From an uncultured Planctomycetia bacterium (lineage in GTDB: Bacteria; Omnitrophota; Gorgyraeia; Tantalellales; Tantalellaceae): a stretch of 64,000 bases of DNA. Below the pieces are notes generated by a model. It searched no databases. It saw only the letters and a list, made by a program, of their open reading frames with translations, and was not told where the DNA came from. The stretch lies in the NCBI GenBank assembly GCA_964572255.1, contig CAZNEE010000002.1, forward strand, positions 210,942 to 274,941, given 5' to 3'. The position numbers and the translations under genes are program-made. Below, piece by piece: positions 1 to 10,388 of the stretch (positions within the stretch are counted from its first letter, which is position 1; each line of letters begins with the position of its first letter).

Positions 1-928
1 GCGTGAATAATTTTCGACGCCCGAGCAATAACCCAGCTCCTGCAGCATCTCCATATCATATCTTGTCCGGCTTTCCAGCCTTTGGGCTTCAAGCAGTTTA
101 CCCGCGTCTCTAAGCTCCGCCAATCGCTCCTTTAATTCCACCGCGATCGACTTTATGGCTTTTGAGATCTTCTCTTCAGTAGTGACAAAATGTTTCGCCG
201 GATAGATCGCTAGCTTATCCAATCTGGCTAAAATATCAAATGTGAGCGGATCTATCTCGGCTATCTTGATTATCTCCTCACCGAAAAACTCGATCCTGTA
301 AGCTGTCTCCTTATACGCCGGGAATATCTCAACGATATCGCCGCGTACCCTGAACTTGCCGCGCTGAAGTTCGATATTGTTACGTTCATATTGTATATCC
401 ACAAGCTTTTTCAATATGTCTTCCCGGGAGACCTCTTCCCCCTTTGTTATATTGACCAGCATAGTGGAATAGTCTTCAGGCGAACCTAATCCGTATATGC
501 AGGATACGCTTGCCACTATTAAAACGTCTTTACGCGAGAATAACGAACTCGTCGCGGAAAGCCTCAAGCGATCGATATCCTCATTGATCGACGCGTCTTT
601 TTCGATATAAACATCGGTCTGAGGGACATATGCTTCGGGTTGGTAATAATCATAATAACTAACAAAATATTCAACCGCATTATTAGGGAAAAATCCTTTA
701 AATTCGGAATATAGCTGTGCCGCAAGGGTTTTATTATGAGATATAACAAGAGTGGGTTTATTAAGTTTTTCGACAATATTCGCCATCGTAAAAGTTTTGC
801 CGCTTCCCGTAACGCCTATAAGCGTTTGGTAACGATTGCCTTTTTTAATAGAATCGGCAATTTGGTCAATGGCTTTGGGCTGATCGCCTGCGGGATTAAG
901 GTCGGTACCTAATTGGAATTTGTCCATC
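1..928 (-). CDS. uvrB: Excinuclease ABC subunit B (UvrB), N-terminal ~309 aa; C-terminus lies beyond the window start
   Basis: Reverse-strand translation from the ATG at 928-926 gives [102 protein letters not shown]..., the canonical UvrB N-terminus with a Walker A motif (GVTGSGKT). It is absent from the ORF track because it runs off the window edge. Confidence 0.9.
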
Positions 929-942
929 TTGAGAGCAGTCTT

Positions 943-1833
943 CTATGACTTAACGATAATTTCAAGGCTAAAATCTATCGGGTCTATGGAACTTGTAATT
1001 GAACCGGTTGATATGCGATCAACGCCTGTTTCGGCATATTCTCTCACATTATCAAGCGTAATGCCGCCTGATGCCTCAAAAAGGACTTTTCCTTCAAGAC
1101 CTTTTTCGCGGCGGAGTTGAACGGCTTTTTTTAGTTTTTCAGCAGACATGTTATCCAGCATTATTATATCGGGCTTTTCATCCAGCGCGTATTCGCATTC
1201 TTTTAATGTTTCAACCTCTATCTCTATTTTTACATTCTGCTGAACGGAAGATCTTGCTTTTTTTATCATCTCCTGAATAACAGCCTGCGTATCAAGCCCG
1301 GGATTATCTTCACTATAAGCCCTTACGTGGTTGTCCTTGATCAGGACCATGTCCCATAATCCGTACCTGTGATTCACTCCCCCGCCTGTTTTTACGGCAT
1401 ATTTTTCAAAATACCTGTGGAGCGGAATTGTCTTTCTTGTATCATAGATCTTAGCGTTTGTGCCCTCGACAAGATCGACCATTTCACGGGTTTTTGTAGC
1501 GACACTGCTTAAAAGAGACAGAAAATTAAGCGCTGTTCTCTCGGCCCTTAAAATAGAACGCACGTTGCCTTCTACAAACGCTATTTCCTGCTCCGGCTCG
1601 ATTTCTTCCCCGTCCTTCACCATCGGACGAAACCTTAAAGTATCATCACAGGAAGCAAAAACCCTTTCGATTATTTCCATGCCGCAGACCATTCCGGAGG
1701 TGCGTGAAATTACCACAGCATCGGCCTCTTGGGCATCACTAATAACGGCTTCCGAAGTGATATCACCCTGCCAGGTATCCTCTTTAATGGCAAAACGGAT
1801 TATTTGATCGACTCTTCTTTGATCCAGATTCAT
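943..1833 (-). CDS. nadC: Nicotinate-nucleotide pyrophosphorylase (quinolinate phosphoribosyltransferase)
   Basis: 296-aa ORF with the QPRTase motifs TRKTIPLHR, GGGVNHR, LIKDNH, MLDNM and EASGGI. Confidence 0.9.
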   Translation of the reverse strand: MNLDQRRVDQIIRFAIKEDTWQGDITSEAVISDAQEADAVVISRTSGMVCGMEIIERVFASCDDTLRFRPMVKDGEEIEPEQEIAFVEGNVRSILRAERTALNFLSLLSSVATKTREMVDLVEGTNAKIYDTRKTIPLHRYFEKYAVKTGGGVNHRYGLWDMVLIKDNHVRAYSEDNPGLDTQAVIQEMIKKARSSVQQNVKIEIEVETLKECEYALDEKPDIIMLDNMSAEKLKKAVQLRREKGLEGKVLFEASGGITLDNVREYAETGVDRISTGSITSSIDPIDFSLEIIVKS

Positions 1834-2546
1834 AGGTTTCTTAAGATTTCTATTTCCTCTTTTGTAAGTTCCCTGTATTCGCCTTCTTTCAAGTCTCCCA
1901 GACTTAAACCCGCATAAACAATGCGTTTAAGTTCAAGTACTCTATGTCCGAAGGTGCCGAATATGCGTTTTATCTGTCTCTTTTTACCCTCATGCAAGTG
2001 TACTGTAAGGATAGAAAATCTCGGCCCTTTGCTTACGACCTGAATTTCACAGGGAGCCAATTTTTTGCCGTCTAGATTTATACCGCTTTCTATCCTCTCC
2101 AGGCTCTCATCCGTTATTTCGTTACTGACTTTGACGAGATAAACCTTTTCCACTTCGGATTTGGGATGGGCAAGCTTATGGGTCAGTTCGCCATCGTTCG
2201 ACACAAGGATTATGCCGGTCGTATCCTTATCCAGCCGGCCTATAGGATACAGCCTCGCATTGATGCCCTTGAAAAAATCCGTTACTTTCTTGCGTTCCTG
2301 GGGGTCGTAAGCTGTGGATATGACGCCTTTCGGTTTATGGAAAAGAAACGTGTATTTTACTTCATCGCCTTCAGGAAGAGGTCTACCCTCAACAAGTATC
2401 TCGCATTCGGCTGCATCTACTCTGTATCCCTTCTCTTTTACAACTTCACCATCAACCGTTACTTTGCCTTCTTCGATCATTTTGGCCGCGTTCCTGCGGC
2501 TGGTTACCCCGGCCTGTGAGATGATAGTCTGCAGTCTCTTTTTCAC
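1830..2546 (-). CDS. rluB: rRNA pseudouridine synthase, RsuA/RluB family (S4 domain + catalytic domain)
   Basis: 238 aa with an N-terminal S4-like segment (RLQTIISQAGVTSRRNAAKMIEEGKVTVDG) and the catalytic motif YPIGRLDKDTTGIILVSNDGEL. It overlaps nadC by 4 nt (ATGA-type coupling). Confidence 0.8.
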   Translation of the reverse strand: MKKRLQTIISQAGVTSRRNAAKMIEEGKVTVDGEVVKEKGYRVDAAECEILVEGRPLPEGDEVKYTFLFHKPKGVISTAYDPQERKKVTDFFKGINARLYPIGRLDKDTTGIILVSNDGELTHKLAHPKSEVEKVYLVKVSNEITDESLERIESGINLDGKKLAPCEIQVVSKGPRFSILTVHLHEGKKRQIKRIFGTFGHRVLELKRIVYAGLSLGDLKEGEYRELTKEEIEILRNL

Positions 2547-5224
2547 TTCAGTGCCTCCAGGTTGTCTTTTAGATTTTGAAGCTGGGCCTCGTATCTCGTT
2601 TCCTTGTCTTTTTCCTTGGCCACAACCTCCGGAGGTGCATTATCAGTAAATCCTTTGTTCGCGAGCTTCTTCCCGATGCTTTTAAGAAAATCCTCCAGCT
2701 CGCCTTTCCTCTTCTCTATCCGCACTCTTTCCTTTTCAACATCAACAATGCCGCTAAGCGAAATGATCACCCTCGCGCCTCCCGCAAGCGCGGAAACAGA
2801 CTGATCGGGTTTAGTGAACTTCTCGTCCACAATGTTTGCCTTGCATTTAGCTAACTTTTCCATGTAATGCTTGTTATCCTCAAAAATATCCTTATTTTTT
2901 ACGCTCACGAACACGTTTATCTCATCCTTGTGGGGAATGTTCCAGAAAGCCCTGCTGTTACGTATGGAAGTAATCACCGATATAAGGTTTTCCATGCCGT
3001 CTAAAGCTTCCGCGTCAATAAGTTTCTTATCCGCCTTTGGCCAGCTTGAAGTCATGAGCCATTTGTCTTTCTCGCCCGGCATCCTTTGCCATATATCTTC
3101 AGTTATGAACGGCATGAAAGAATGCAGGAGTTTCAAGATCCCTTTAAGAACGGTTAAAAGCACATTCTGGGTCGTTTCTTTGTCTTCCGATAACTTCGAG
3201 ACTTCAAGGTACCAATCACAGTACTTGTGCCATATAAAATCATAAAGAACGCTGGAAGCGTCATTAAACCGGTAATTTTCCAAAGCTTTTGTTGCGTCCC
3301 GAGCGGTCTTCTGGAGCTGGCTTAATATCCATTTATCGGCCAGTGTTTTTCTGTCTTCTTCGATCTTCTTATCCAAATAGTCATCATTTATGTTCATCAG
3401 CACATAACGCGACGCGTTCCACAATTTATTCGCGAAATTTCTGCCGATCTCAAATTTGTCTTTCGATAAGAAAACATCCTGCCCCTGGGAAGTGATCGAG
3501 ATTATACTGAAACGTAAAGCATCGCTTCCCACCTCATCAATAATTTCAAGAGGATCTATGACATTGCCTAAGGATTTCGACATCTTCGTCCCGGTTGAGT
3601 CCCTGACAGTACCGTGTATATAAACATCCTTAAAAGGTATGTCCTTGCGGAACTTTAAACCCGCCATTATCATCCTGGCCACCCAGAAGAATATGATCTC
3701 CTGAGCTGTTACCAATGCGTCTGTGGGATAAAAAACTTCCAGATCTTTTGTTTCTTCCGGCCATCCTAAAGTCGAGATAGGCCACAGCCATGAACTGAAC
3801 CAGGTATCCAATACATCCGGATCCTGTTCTATTTTTCCGCTGCCGCATGACGGGCACCTGTCCGGAATCTCCGCGCCGACATATACGCCCTTCTTCCCGG
3901 GCTCGGATATTTCCACGTCCCGGACGTTCTTAGCCCCGAGACAATCCTTGCAATACCACACAGGTATACGGTGCCCCCACCATATCTGGCGTGATATGCA
4001 CCAATCACGTATATTTTTCATCCAGTTAAGATAAACTTTTGTCCATCTTGCCGGATAGAATTTTATCTTTCCGTCCTTAACGACTTTTATCCCCTCTTTT
4101 GCGAGAGGTTTCATTTTGACGAACCATTGTTTTGAAAGACGCGGTTCCACTACAGTATGGCACCTGTAGCAATGTCCGACAGCATGATCGTGTTCTTCAG
4201 CTCTTATAAAAAGTTTTCTTTGTTTCAGGTCCTCTATGATGGCTTCACGGCATTCAAACCTGTCCATACCTTCATAATCTTCACCGACAGCGTTTATCGT
4301 GCCGTCGCTATTCATGGCATTAACGCTTCCCAGCCCATGTTTGGTGCCAAGTTCAAAGTCTACGGGATCATGCGCGGGAGTCACTTTAAGGGCCCCTGTG
4401 CCGAACTCGGGATCCACTGTCTCATCAAAGATCACTTTAAGTTCGCGTTTTAAGATCGGAAGGATTAGCGTTTTTCCTTTTAGACCGGTATATCTGGGGT
4501 CTTTAGGATTAACCGCTACCGCAACGTCACCCAGCATGGTCTCCGGCCTGGTGGTCGCGACAACAACATAATCTTCGTTCTCTTTCTCTACTTTTTCTCT
4601 GCCTTTAACCGGATACTTTATGTAATAAAGCATGCCCTGAGTATCCCTGTGTTCTGCCTCTTCATCACTCAGGGCTGTTTCACATCTCGGACACCAGTTT
4701 ATGATATAGTCGCCTTTATATATGAGCCCTTCATTATACAGCCGCACAAAAACTTCTTTGACCGCATTGGAAAGCCCCTCATCCATGGTAAACCTGGTGC
4801 GTTCCCAGTCGCAGGAACAGCCCAGTTTCTTCAGCTGATGAATAATGGTGTTGCCGTATTCATCCTTCCACTGCCAGACTTTTTCCAGGAATTTTTCGCG
4901 TCCGAGATCCGCTCTTTTTATGTTCTCTTTAGCCAGCTCCCGCTCGACAACATTTTGAGTCGCTATCCCGGCATGGTCCGTGCCCGGCAGCCATAAAGCT
5001 TCGCAACCCTGCATGCGTCTTGAGCGGATGATTATATCCTGAATTGTATTATTGAGGGCATGCCCCATGTGGAGTATCCCGGTAATGTTCGGCGGAGGTA
5101 TGACTATAGAGTAAGGAGTTTTACTTGAAGCGTTGTCGGCATGGAAAAGATCCTCTCCGGCCCACTTACCATAGATAGCTTCTTCCGTCTGCTTGGGATC
5201 ATATTTTGTAGGCATTTCTTTCAT
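2543..5224 (-). CDS. valS: Valine--tRNA ligase
   Basis: Class I aaRS HIGH (PPPNITGILHMGHALN) and KMSKS (KMSKSLGN) motifs plus a C-terminal coiled coil. The ORF track starts it at 5269, but I prefer the internal Met (MKEMPTKYDPKQTEEAIYGKW, ~5224) because that matches typical ValS N-termini and removes the 38-nt overlap with cimA. Confidence 0.9.
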   Translation of the reverse strand: MKEMPTKYDPKQTEEAIYGKWAGEDLFHADNASSKTPYSIVIPPPNITGILHMGHALNNTIQDIIIRSRRMQGCEALWLPGTDHAGIATQNVVERELAKENIKRADLGREKFLEKVWQWKDEYGNTIIHQLKKLGCSCDWERTRFTMDEGLSNAVKEVFVRLYNEGLIYKGDYIINWCPRCETALSDEEAEHRDTQGMLYYIKYPVKGREKVEKENEDYVVVATTRPETMLGDVAVAVNPKDPRYTGLKGKTLILPILKRELKVIFDETVDPEFGTGALKVTPAHDPVDFELGTKHGLGSVNAMNSDGTINAVGEDYEGMDRFECREAIIEDLKQRKLFIRAEEHDHAVGHCYRCHTVVEPRLSKQWFVKMKPLAKEGIKVVKDGKIKFYPARWTKVYLNWMKNIRDWCISRQIWWGHRIPVWYCKDCLGAKNVRDVEISEPGKKGVYVGAEIPDRCPSCGSGKIEQDPDVLDTWFSSWLWPISTLGWPEETKDLEVFYPTDALVTAQEIIFFWVARMIMAGLKFRKDIPFKDVYIHGTVRDSTGTKMSKSLGNVIDPLEIIDEVGSDALRFSIISITSQGQDVFLSKDKFEIGRNFANKLWNASRYVLMNINDDYLDKKIEEDRKTLADKWILSQLQKTARDATKALENYRFNDASSVLYDFIWHKYCDWYLEVSKLSEDKETTQNVLLTVLKGILKLLHSFMPFITEDIWQRMPGEKDKWLMTSSWPKADKKLIDAEALDGMENLISVITSIRNSRAFWNIPHKDEINVFVSVKNKDIFEDNKHYMEKLAKCKANIVDEKFTKPDQSVSALAGGARVIISLSGIVDVEKERVRIEKRKGELEDFLKSIGKKLANKGFTDNAPPEVVAKEKDKETRYEAQLQNLKDNLEALK

Positions 5225-5231
5225 AGGCGGT

Positions 5232-6827
5232 TTATTTTCTAGACCTGCCCTTTCTTTTTTTTCCTTCATCTTTCGCGAATTTGTACTCGATCGAATCTAT
5301 GAGAGCGAGCCAGCTTGCTTCGATAATATTTTCGGAAACTCCGACTGTCCACCAGTTGTCCGTCTTATCCTGAGATTGGATAAGTACGCGCACTTTTGCC
5401 GCGGTACCCGCTTTTTCGTCAAGAACCCTTACCCTGAAATCCGACAAGTGCATATCGTTCAATGACGGATAAAATGAAACTAAAGCTTTTCTGAGAGCCT
5501 GGTCTAATGCATGGACAGGGCCGTCTCCCAGGGCGACTGTATGTTTTACTTTATTGCCGATCTTTACTTTCACGGTCGCTTCTGAAACTATTTCAGTTTC
5601 GCCGCGCTTCTCGACCATGATCCTTAGGTCCTGAAGTTCAAAATGTTTCTTGAAAACTTCCTGCGCCCGTCTCATGAGAAGCATCAGCGATGCTTCCGCC
5701 AATTCGAACTGATACCCGTCACTTTCAAGATCCTGGACATGCATAAGGATCTTTTTTGCCTTATCGGAAGATTTGTCTATTTTGATACCAAGTTCCTCAG
5801 CCTTGCCGAGTATGCTTGATTTGCCCGAAAGCTCTGATATGAGCATTCTGCGCCTATTCCCGACTTTTTCCGGGTCAATATGTTCGTATGACTTTGGATC
5901 TTTAAGTATAGCGTTAACATGCACGCCGGCTTTATGGGCAAAAGCGCTCGAGCCCACATAAGGCTGAAAATCCAGCTGCTTCATATTTGAGATCTCTGCG
6001 ATATATCTGGAAACCTCTGTCAGCTCTTTAAGGGAAAAATCCGACAAACAGTCCATGCTGAGTTTATATCTTAAAGCGGGGATTATCGATACAAGATTGG
6101 CATTCCCGCATCTTTCCCCGTAACCGTTAAACGTACCCTGGACCTGCGTGCATCCCGCCTGCACGGCCGCAACAGAGTTCGCGACCGCCATCTCGGAATC
6201 ATTGTGTGTATGAATGCCGAGCGGCGCTTTTATCTTCTCTCTCACTTCTTCTGTTATCTCGAAGATCCGGCTTGTAACAGTACCGCCGTTGGTATCACAC
6301 AGAATAAGGACTTCAGCTCCCCCGTCAAGCGCGGCTTTAAGCGTATCAACGGCATATTCGGGATTATCCTTATATCCGTCAAAAAAGTGTTCCGCATCAA
6401 ACATTACATGACGGCCTTTTTTCTTGAGGTACTTGATCGAATCGGCTATCATGTTCAGGTTTTCCTGCAAGGTCGTTCTGAGCACATCTCTCACATGAAG
6501 ATCCCAGCTCTTGCCGAAAATGGTTATATGCTTCGTTTGAGATTTAAGAAGCCCCTTCATTACCGCATCTGTTGCTGCGCTTGCATTTGCCCGGCGTGTT
6601 GACCCGAACGCAACAAGCTTGGATTTTTTAAGCTTTAGGTCCTTCGCGGCGACCTTGAAGAACTCGTCATCTTTCGGATTAGAGCCGGGCCATCCTCCTT
6701 CGATAAAATCGATGCCGATCTCATCCAGTTTTTCCGCGATCCGGATTTTATCTTTTATGGTAAAAGAGATCCCTTCAAACTGGGCGCCATCTCTTAACGT
6801 GGTATCATAAATGTAGATTTTTTCCAT
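5232..6827 (-). CDS. cimA: (R)-citramalate synthase-like protein of the 2-isopropylmalate synthase/homocitrate synthase family (LeuA-related, ~530 aa form with a C-terminal regulatory domain)
   Basis: MEKIYIYDTTLRDGAQFEGISFTIKDKIRIAEKLDEIGIDFIEGGWPGSNPKDDEFF plus a HxH metal-binding region (GIHTHNDSEMAVANS). Its size and sequence fit the CimA-type subgroup. The preferred start is the ATG at 6827, which has an AAGGAG Shine-Dalgarno 8 nt upstream; the track starts at a GTG at 6836. Confidence 0.75.
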   Translation of the reverse strand: MEKIYIYDTTLRDGAQFEGISFTIKDKIRIAEKLDEIGIDFIEGGWPGSNPKDDEFFKVAAKDLKLKKSKLVAFGSTRRANASAATDAVMKGLLKSQTKHITIFGKSWDLHVRDVLRTTLQENLNMIADSIKYLKKKGRHVMFDAEHFFDGYKDNPEYAVDTLKAALDGGAEVLILCDTNGGTVTSRIFEITEEVREKIKAPLGIHTHNDSEMAVANSVAAVQAGCTQVQGTFNGYGERCGNANLVSIIPALRYKLSMDCLSDFSLKELTEVSRYIAEISNMKQLDFQPYVGSSAFAHKAGVHVNAILKDPKSYEHIDPEKVGNRRRMLISELSGKSSILGKAEELGIKIDKSSDKAKKILMHVQDLESDGYQFELAEASLMLLMRRAQEVFKKHFELQDLRIMVEKRGETEIVSEATVKVKIGNKVKHTVALGDGPVHALDQALRKALVSFYPSLNDMHLSDFRVRVLDEKAGTAAKVRVLIQSQDKTDNWWTVGVSENIIEASWLALIDSIEYKFAKDEGKKRKGRSRK

Positions 6828-6883
6828 GCTTGTCACTCCTTGCTCCGGTCTGTCTCCAAAAAAGAAGTTCTGGACCTGAATGC

Positions 6884-8110
6884 CTACTTCTTGCCTAATC
6901 CGAACGCGCTGTGGACAGCTTTAACAGCTTTCCCGGCGTCATCTTTATTTATTACACATGAAATTTTTATTTCGCTGGTGGAGATCATATTAATATTTAC
7001 TTTTTTCTTAGCAAGCGCGCCGAACATCTTTGCCGCAACGCCGGAATGGCTTCTCATCCCGACGCCTACAATAGAAACCTTTGCTATATTGTTGTTGTAT
7101 TGAACTTTCCCGGCGCCGATCTTTTTGACGATTCTACCCACTACTTCTTTTGTCCGTATAAGGCCCGCAGCCGGCACGGTAAAAGAAATATCGGTAATGC
7201 CTGTATGTGAAACGTTTTGAACGATCATATCAACATTAACATCGGCTTTTGCGAGCCCTTCAAACAGCTTGCTTGCCTCTCCGGGTTTATCCGGAACATC
7301 GCGCACGGTAACTTTAGCTTCATTTTTATCAACCGTGACACCTCTAACCAGAACATCTTCCATTTTCTTGACCTCCCTGCTTATCAGAGTACCTTTTTCG
7401 TTCGAAAAACTTGATCTTACATAGATCGGTACATTGAATTTTCCGGCAACTTCCATGCTTCTTGCCTGCATCACCTGAGCGCCCAGTGACGCCAGTTCCA
7501 ACATTTCCTCATAACTTATATTGTCAAGCTTGCGGGCGTCCTTGACGACTCTTGGATCCGCGGTATAAACCCCTTTTACATCCGTATATATCTCACACAC
7601 CTCGGCATTAAGAACCTTTGCCAGAGCAACGGCCGTCATGTCCGAACCGCCTCTTCCGAGAGTGGTGATCTCCTGATCGGGGCTTATTCCCTGAAAACCC
7701 GCGACGATCACGATCTTGCCTTTCTTAAGCTGCTCTTTTATCTTGGCGGAATTCACGTCTTTTATCTTGGCCTTCGTGTGGGATTTATCGGTAATTATGC
7801 CGACCTGCGCTCCTGTAAATGAGATCGCTTCCCGGCCGATCTTGTGCAACGCCATCGCGAGAAGCGCGACCGATATCTGCTCGCCCGTTGACATCAGCAT
7901 GTCAAGCTCTCTCGCGGAAGGATCAGGATGTACCTGGTCAGCCAATTTTAAAAGTTCATCGGTTGTATCGCCCAAAGCGGATACGACAACCACCACGTTG
8001 TAGCCTTTTTTTCTGCATGCGGCCACTTTTTTGGCAACACCTTTGATCTTCTCAGGGTTAGCAACGCTTGTCCCGCCGAATTTTTGTACTATTATACCTT
8101 TGCGTTTCAT
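6884..8110 (-). CDS. lysC: Aspartate kinase (monofunctional, with C-terminal ACT domains)
   Basis: KFGGTSVANPEKIKGVAKKV...VVVVSALGDTTDELL (amino-acid kinase fold) followed by ACT-like C-terminal repeats; 408 aa. Confidence 0.9.
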   Translation of the reverse strand: MKRKGIIVQKFGGTSVANPEKIKGVAKKVAACRKKGYNVVVVVSALGDTTDELLKLADQVHPDPSARELDMLMSTGEQISVALLAMALHKIGREAISFTGAQVGIITDKSHTKAKIKDVNSAKIKEQLKKGKIVIVAGFQGISPDQEITTLGRGGSDMTAVALAKVLNAEVCEIYTDVKGVYTADPRVVKDARKLDNISYEEMLELASLGAQVMQARSMEVAGKFNVPIYVRSSFSNEKGTLISREVKKMEDVLVRGVTVDKNEAKVTVRDVPDKPGEASKLFEGLAKADVNVDMIVQNVSHTGITDISFTVPAAGLIRTKEVVGRIVKKIGAGKVQYNNNIAKVSIVGVGMRSHSGVAAKMFGALAKKKVNINMISTSEIKISCVINKDDAGKAVKAVHSAFGLGKK

Positions 8111-8119
8111 CTCTCTTTC

Positions 8120-9325
8120 TTATCCCCTTTCTGAAAGAAGAATTTTCATCAGTTCATGGCCTTTTTTCAGATGCATGCTTCCCGCTTTAGCTGCTTTTTC
8201 GGTGAACACGGTCACGTCGTCAGCTTCGACTCCCGGACCCGCCATGGCAAAAGGAACCGGGTCAGCGGTATGAGTCCTCTTCTTTATAGGAGTCGGGTGA
8301 TCCGGAAGAACCAGCACGCGATACTGGGCTCCCTTTTCGGTAAGCCCTTTAACAATGTTCCCGACTATCTTAGAGTCAAAATTTTCTATAGCTGTCAGCT
8401 TCGCAAGAACATCACCATTATGCCCGGCTTCATCAGTGGCCTCTACATGAACGAACACCATGTCGTTCCTTTCCAGAATACCAAGCGCGGCTTCAGCTTT
8501 GCCTTCATAATTTGTATCATAATAACCGGTAGCGCCCGGCACATTAACAACTTCAAGCCCCAGCACTCTGCCCATTCCTTTCAAGAGATCCACCGCTGAT
8601 ATAACCCCTCCGGTCACTCCGTATGCATCGATAAATTTGGGCATGTCGGGCTTTTTGCCCTGCCCCCAGATCCAGATCATATTAGCGGGGTTCTGCCCCA
8701 GATCAAGGCGCACCTTATTTATGTCATGATCTTTGAGAATATCCTTTGACTTCTCCATAAGATCGACTAATTCCTGTTCCTTGGGAAGATGTTTGGATAC
8801 CGCTTTATCCAAAATATCATGCGGCGGATGGCATAAAACTTTAGACAACCTATCAGCTTCTTCCGAAGAGGCGCAATGGACCATAAGAAGATTGCGATAA
8901 CTGGTCCCGGGATAGAAATGATATCTGTCGCTTGCAAGTTTTTCGTTTAAAAGTTCGGTAAGAACTTTTACTTCCTGGCTGGTTATATGACCGGCGCTGT
9001 AATCTATCATCTTATCATCATGAACGGTAACAGTATTGAACCTGAAAGCAACATCAACCTCAGAAAGTTCTACTCCGAGATTAGCCGCTTCCAATGGTCC
9101 CCGTCCGCAATAATATTTTTTAGGGTCATACCCGAGTATGGATAAATTGGCTATGTCACTTGCCGGTGTCATGCCTTTCGGAACATTATTCGTGGTACCT
9201 ACGATACCCTTGCGCGCTATCATATCCATGTTCGGGGTATTAGCCGCTTCCATGCAAGTACGATCGTTAAGTTCTTCCAGAGGCAGATCCGACATGCCGT
9301 CCGGCACTAAAATCACATATTTCAT
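8120..9325 (-). CDS. Cofactor-independent phosphoglycerate mutase, archaeal-type (ApgM family); in this thrC/lysC context it matches the 'proposed homoserine kinase' subgroup
   Basis: MKYVILVPDGMSDLPLEELNDRTCMEAANTPNMDMIARKGIVGTTNNVPKGMTPASDIANLSILGYDP is a typical ApgM-family N-terminus; 401 aa. Sandwiched between thrC and lysC, and no canonical thrB is present in the cluster. Confidence 0.75.
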   Translation of the reverse strand: MKYVILVPDGMSDLPLEELNDRTCMEAANTPNMDMIARKGIVGTTNNVPKGMTPASDIANLSILGYDPKKYYCGRGPLEAANLGVELSEVDVAFRFNTVTVHDDKMIDYSAGHITSQEVKVLTELLNEKLASDRYHFYPGTSYRNLLMVHCASSEEADRLSKVLCHPPHDILDKAVSKHLPKEQELVDLMEKSKDILKDHDINKVRLDLGQNPANMIWIWGQGKKPDMPKFIDAYGVTGGVISAVDLLKGMGRVLGLEVVNVPGATGYYDTNYEGKAEAALGILERNDMVFVHVEATDEAGHNGDVLAKLTAIENFDSKIVGNIVKGLTEKGAQYRVLVLPDHPTPIKKRTHTADPVPFAMAGPGVEADDVTVFTEKAAKAGSMHLKKGHELMKILLSERG

Positions 9326-9326
9326 C

Positions 9327-10388
9327 TTATAATCCGGCCTCCCTCACAACATCTTCCAATTTGGCGTCTACAACAACAGGTTTGGCAACTTGTTTTATCG
9401 CGCAATCAGGATCTTTTAAACCGTGTCCGGTCAATACGCAAACTATATCTTTTTTATTTTTCTCATCACCTTTATCAAAATAACCTTCTTCAGCTTTTTT
9501 CAAAACACCCGCCACACTCGCAGCCGATGCCGGTTCGGCGAATATGCCTACACCGCCGGCCAAAAGTTTATATGCTTCTATGATCGCCTCATCAGTCACC
9601 TTATCGATCAGCCCGCCGGATTCATCGCGTGCCGCCTCAGCGGTTTTCCAGCTTGCAGGGTTGCCTATTTTGATCGCGGTCGCTATAGTCTTTGGTTCTT
9701 TTATAGGATGACCTTCGACTATCGGAGCCGATCCAGCCGCCTGGAAGCCTATCATCTTCGGCAAGCTATCTATTTTGCCTTTCTCCAAATATTCTTTATA
9801 ACCTTTCCAGTAAGCAGTGATGTTGCCCGCATTGCCGACAGGCAGCGCGTGGAACGCAGGCGCATGTCCCAAGGCATCACATACTTCAAATGCAGCGGTT
9901 TTCTGCCCTTCGATCCTATATGGATTAATTGAGTTAACTAAAGTTATCGGATATTTATCGGCAAGCTCACAAACTATCTCTAACGCCTGATCAAAATTTC
10001 CGCGCACAGCTATGACTTTAGCGTTATGGATCAAGGCTTGAGCGAGTTTCCCCAAAGCGATCGCTCCCTCAGGAATAACGACAACACACTTTATGCCGGC
10101 CCTTACCGCATATGCCGCAGCGGAAGCTGAAGTATTCCCGGTTGACGCGCAGGTCACAGCTTTCGATCCTTCCTCAACCGCCTTGGATACAGCTACAGTC
10201 ATGCCTCTATCCTTAAAGCTTGCGGTAGGATTAAGCCCCTCGTATTTCAGCCATACATTATATCCGGAGCCGACTTTCTCGGCCAAAAAATCAGCTTTAA
10301 CAAGCGGAGTACTGCCTTCCTCTAAACTTATAACAGGAGTTTTATCGCTCACCGGAAGATAATCTTTGTATCTTTCTATTACGCCCAT
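9327..10388 (-). CDS. thrC: Threonine synthase
   Basis: PLP-fold motifs (GSTPLV...[23 protein letters not shown]); 353 aa; overlaps the hom stop by 10 nt. Confidence 0.9.
   Translation of the reverse strand: MGVIERYKDYLPVSDKTPVISLEEGSTPLVKADFLAEKVGSGYNVWLKYEGLNPTASFKDRGMTVAVSKAVEEGSKAVTCASTGNTSASAAAYAVRAGIKCVVVIPEGAIALGKLAQALIHNAKVIAVRGNFDQALEIVCELADKYPITLVNSINPYRIEGQKTAAFEVCDALGHAPAFHALPVGNAGNITAYWKGYKEYLEKGKIDSLPKMIGFQAAGSAPIVEGHPIKEPKTIATAIKIGNPASWKTAEAARDESGGLIDKVTDEAIIEAYKLLAGGVGIFAEPASAASVAGVLKKAEEGYFDKGDEKNKKDIVCVLTGHGLKDPDCAIKQVAKPVVVDAKLEDVVREAGL

Noticed and set aside
564-776. 70-aa minus-strand ORF at the start of the window
   Set aside because: It lies out of frame inside the uvrB coding region; uvrB's translation matches the family over its entire length.
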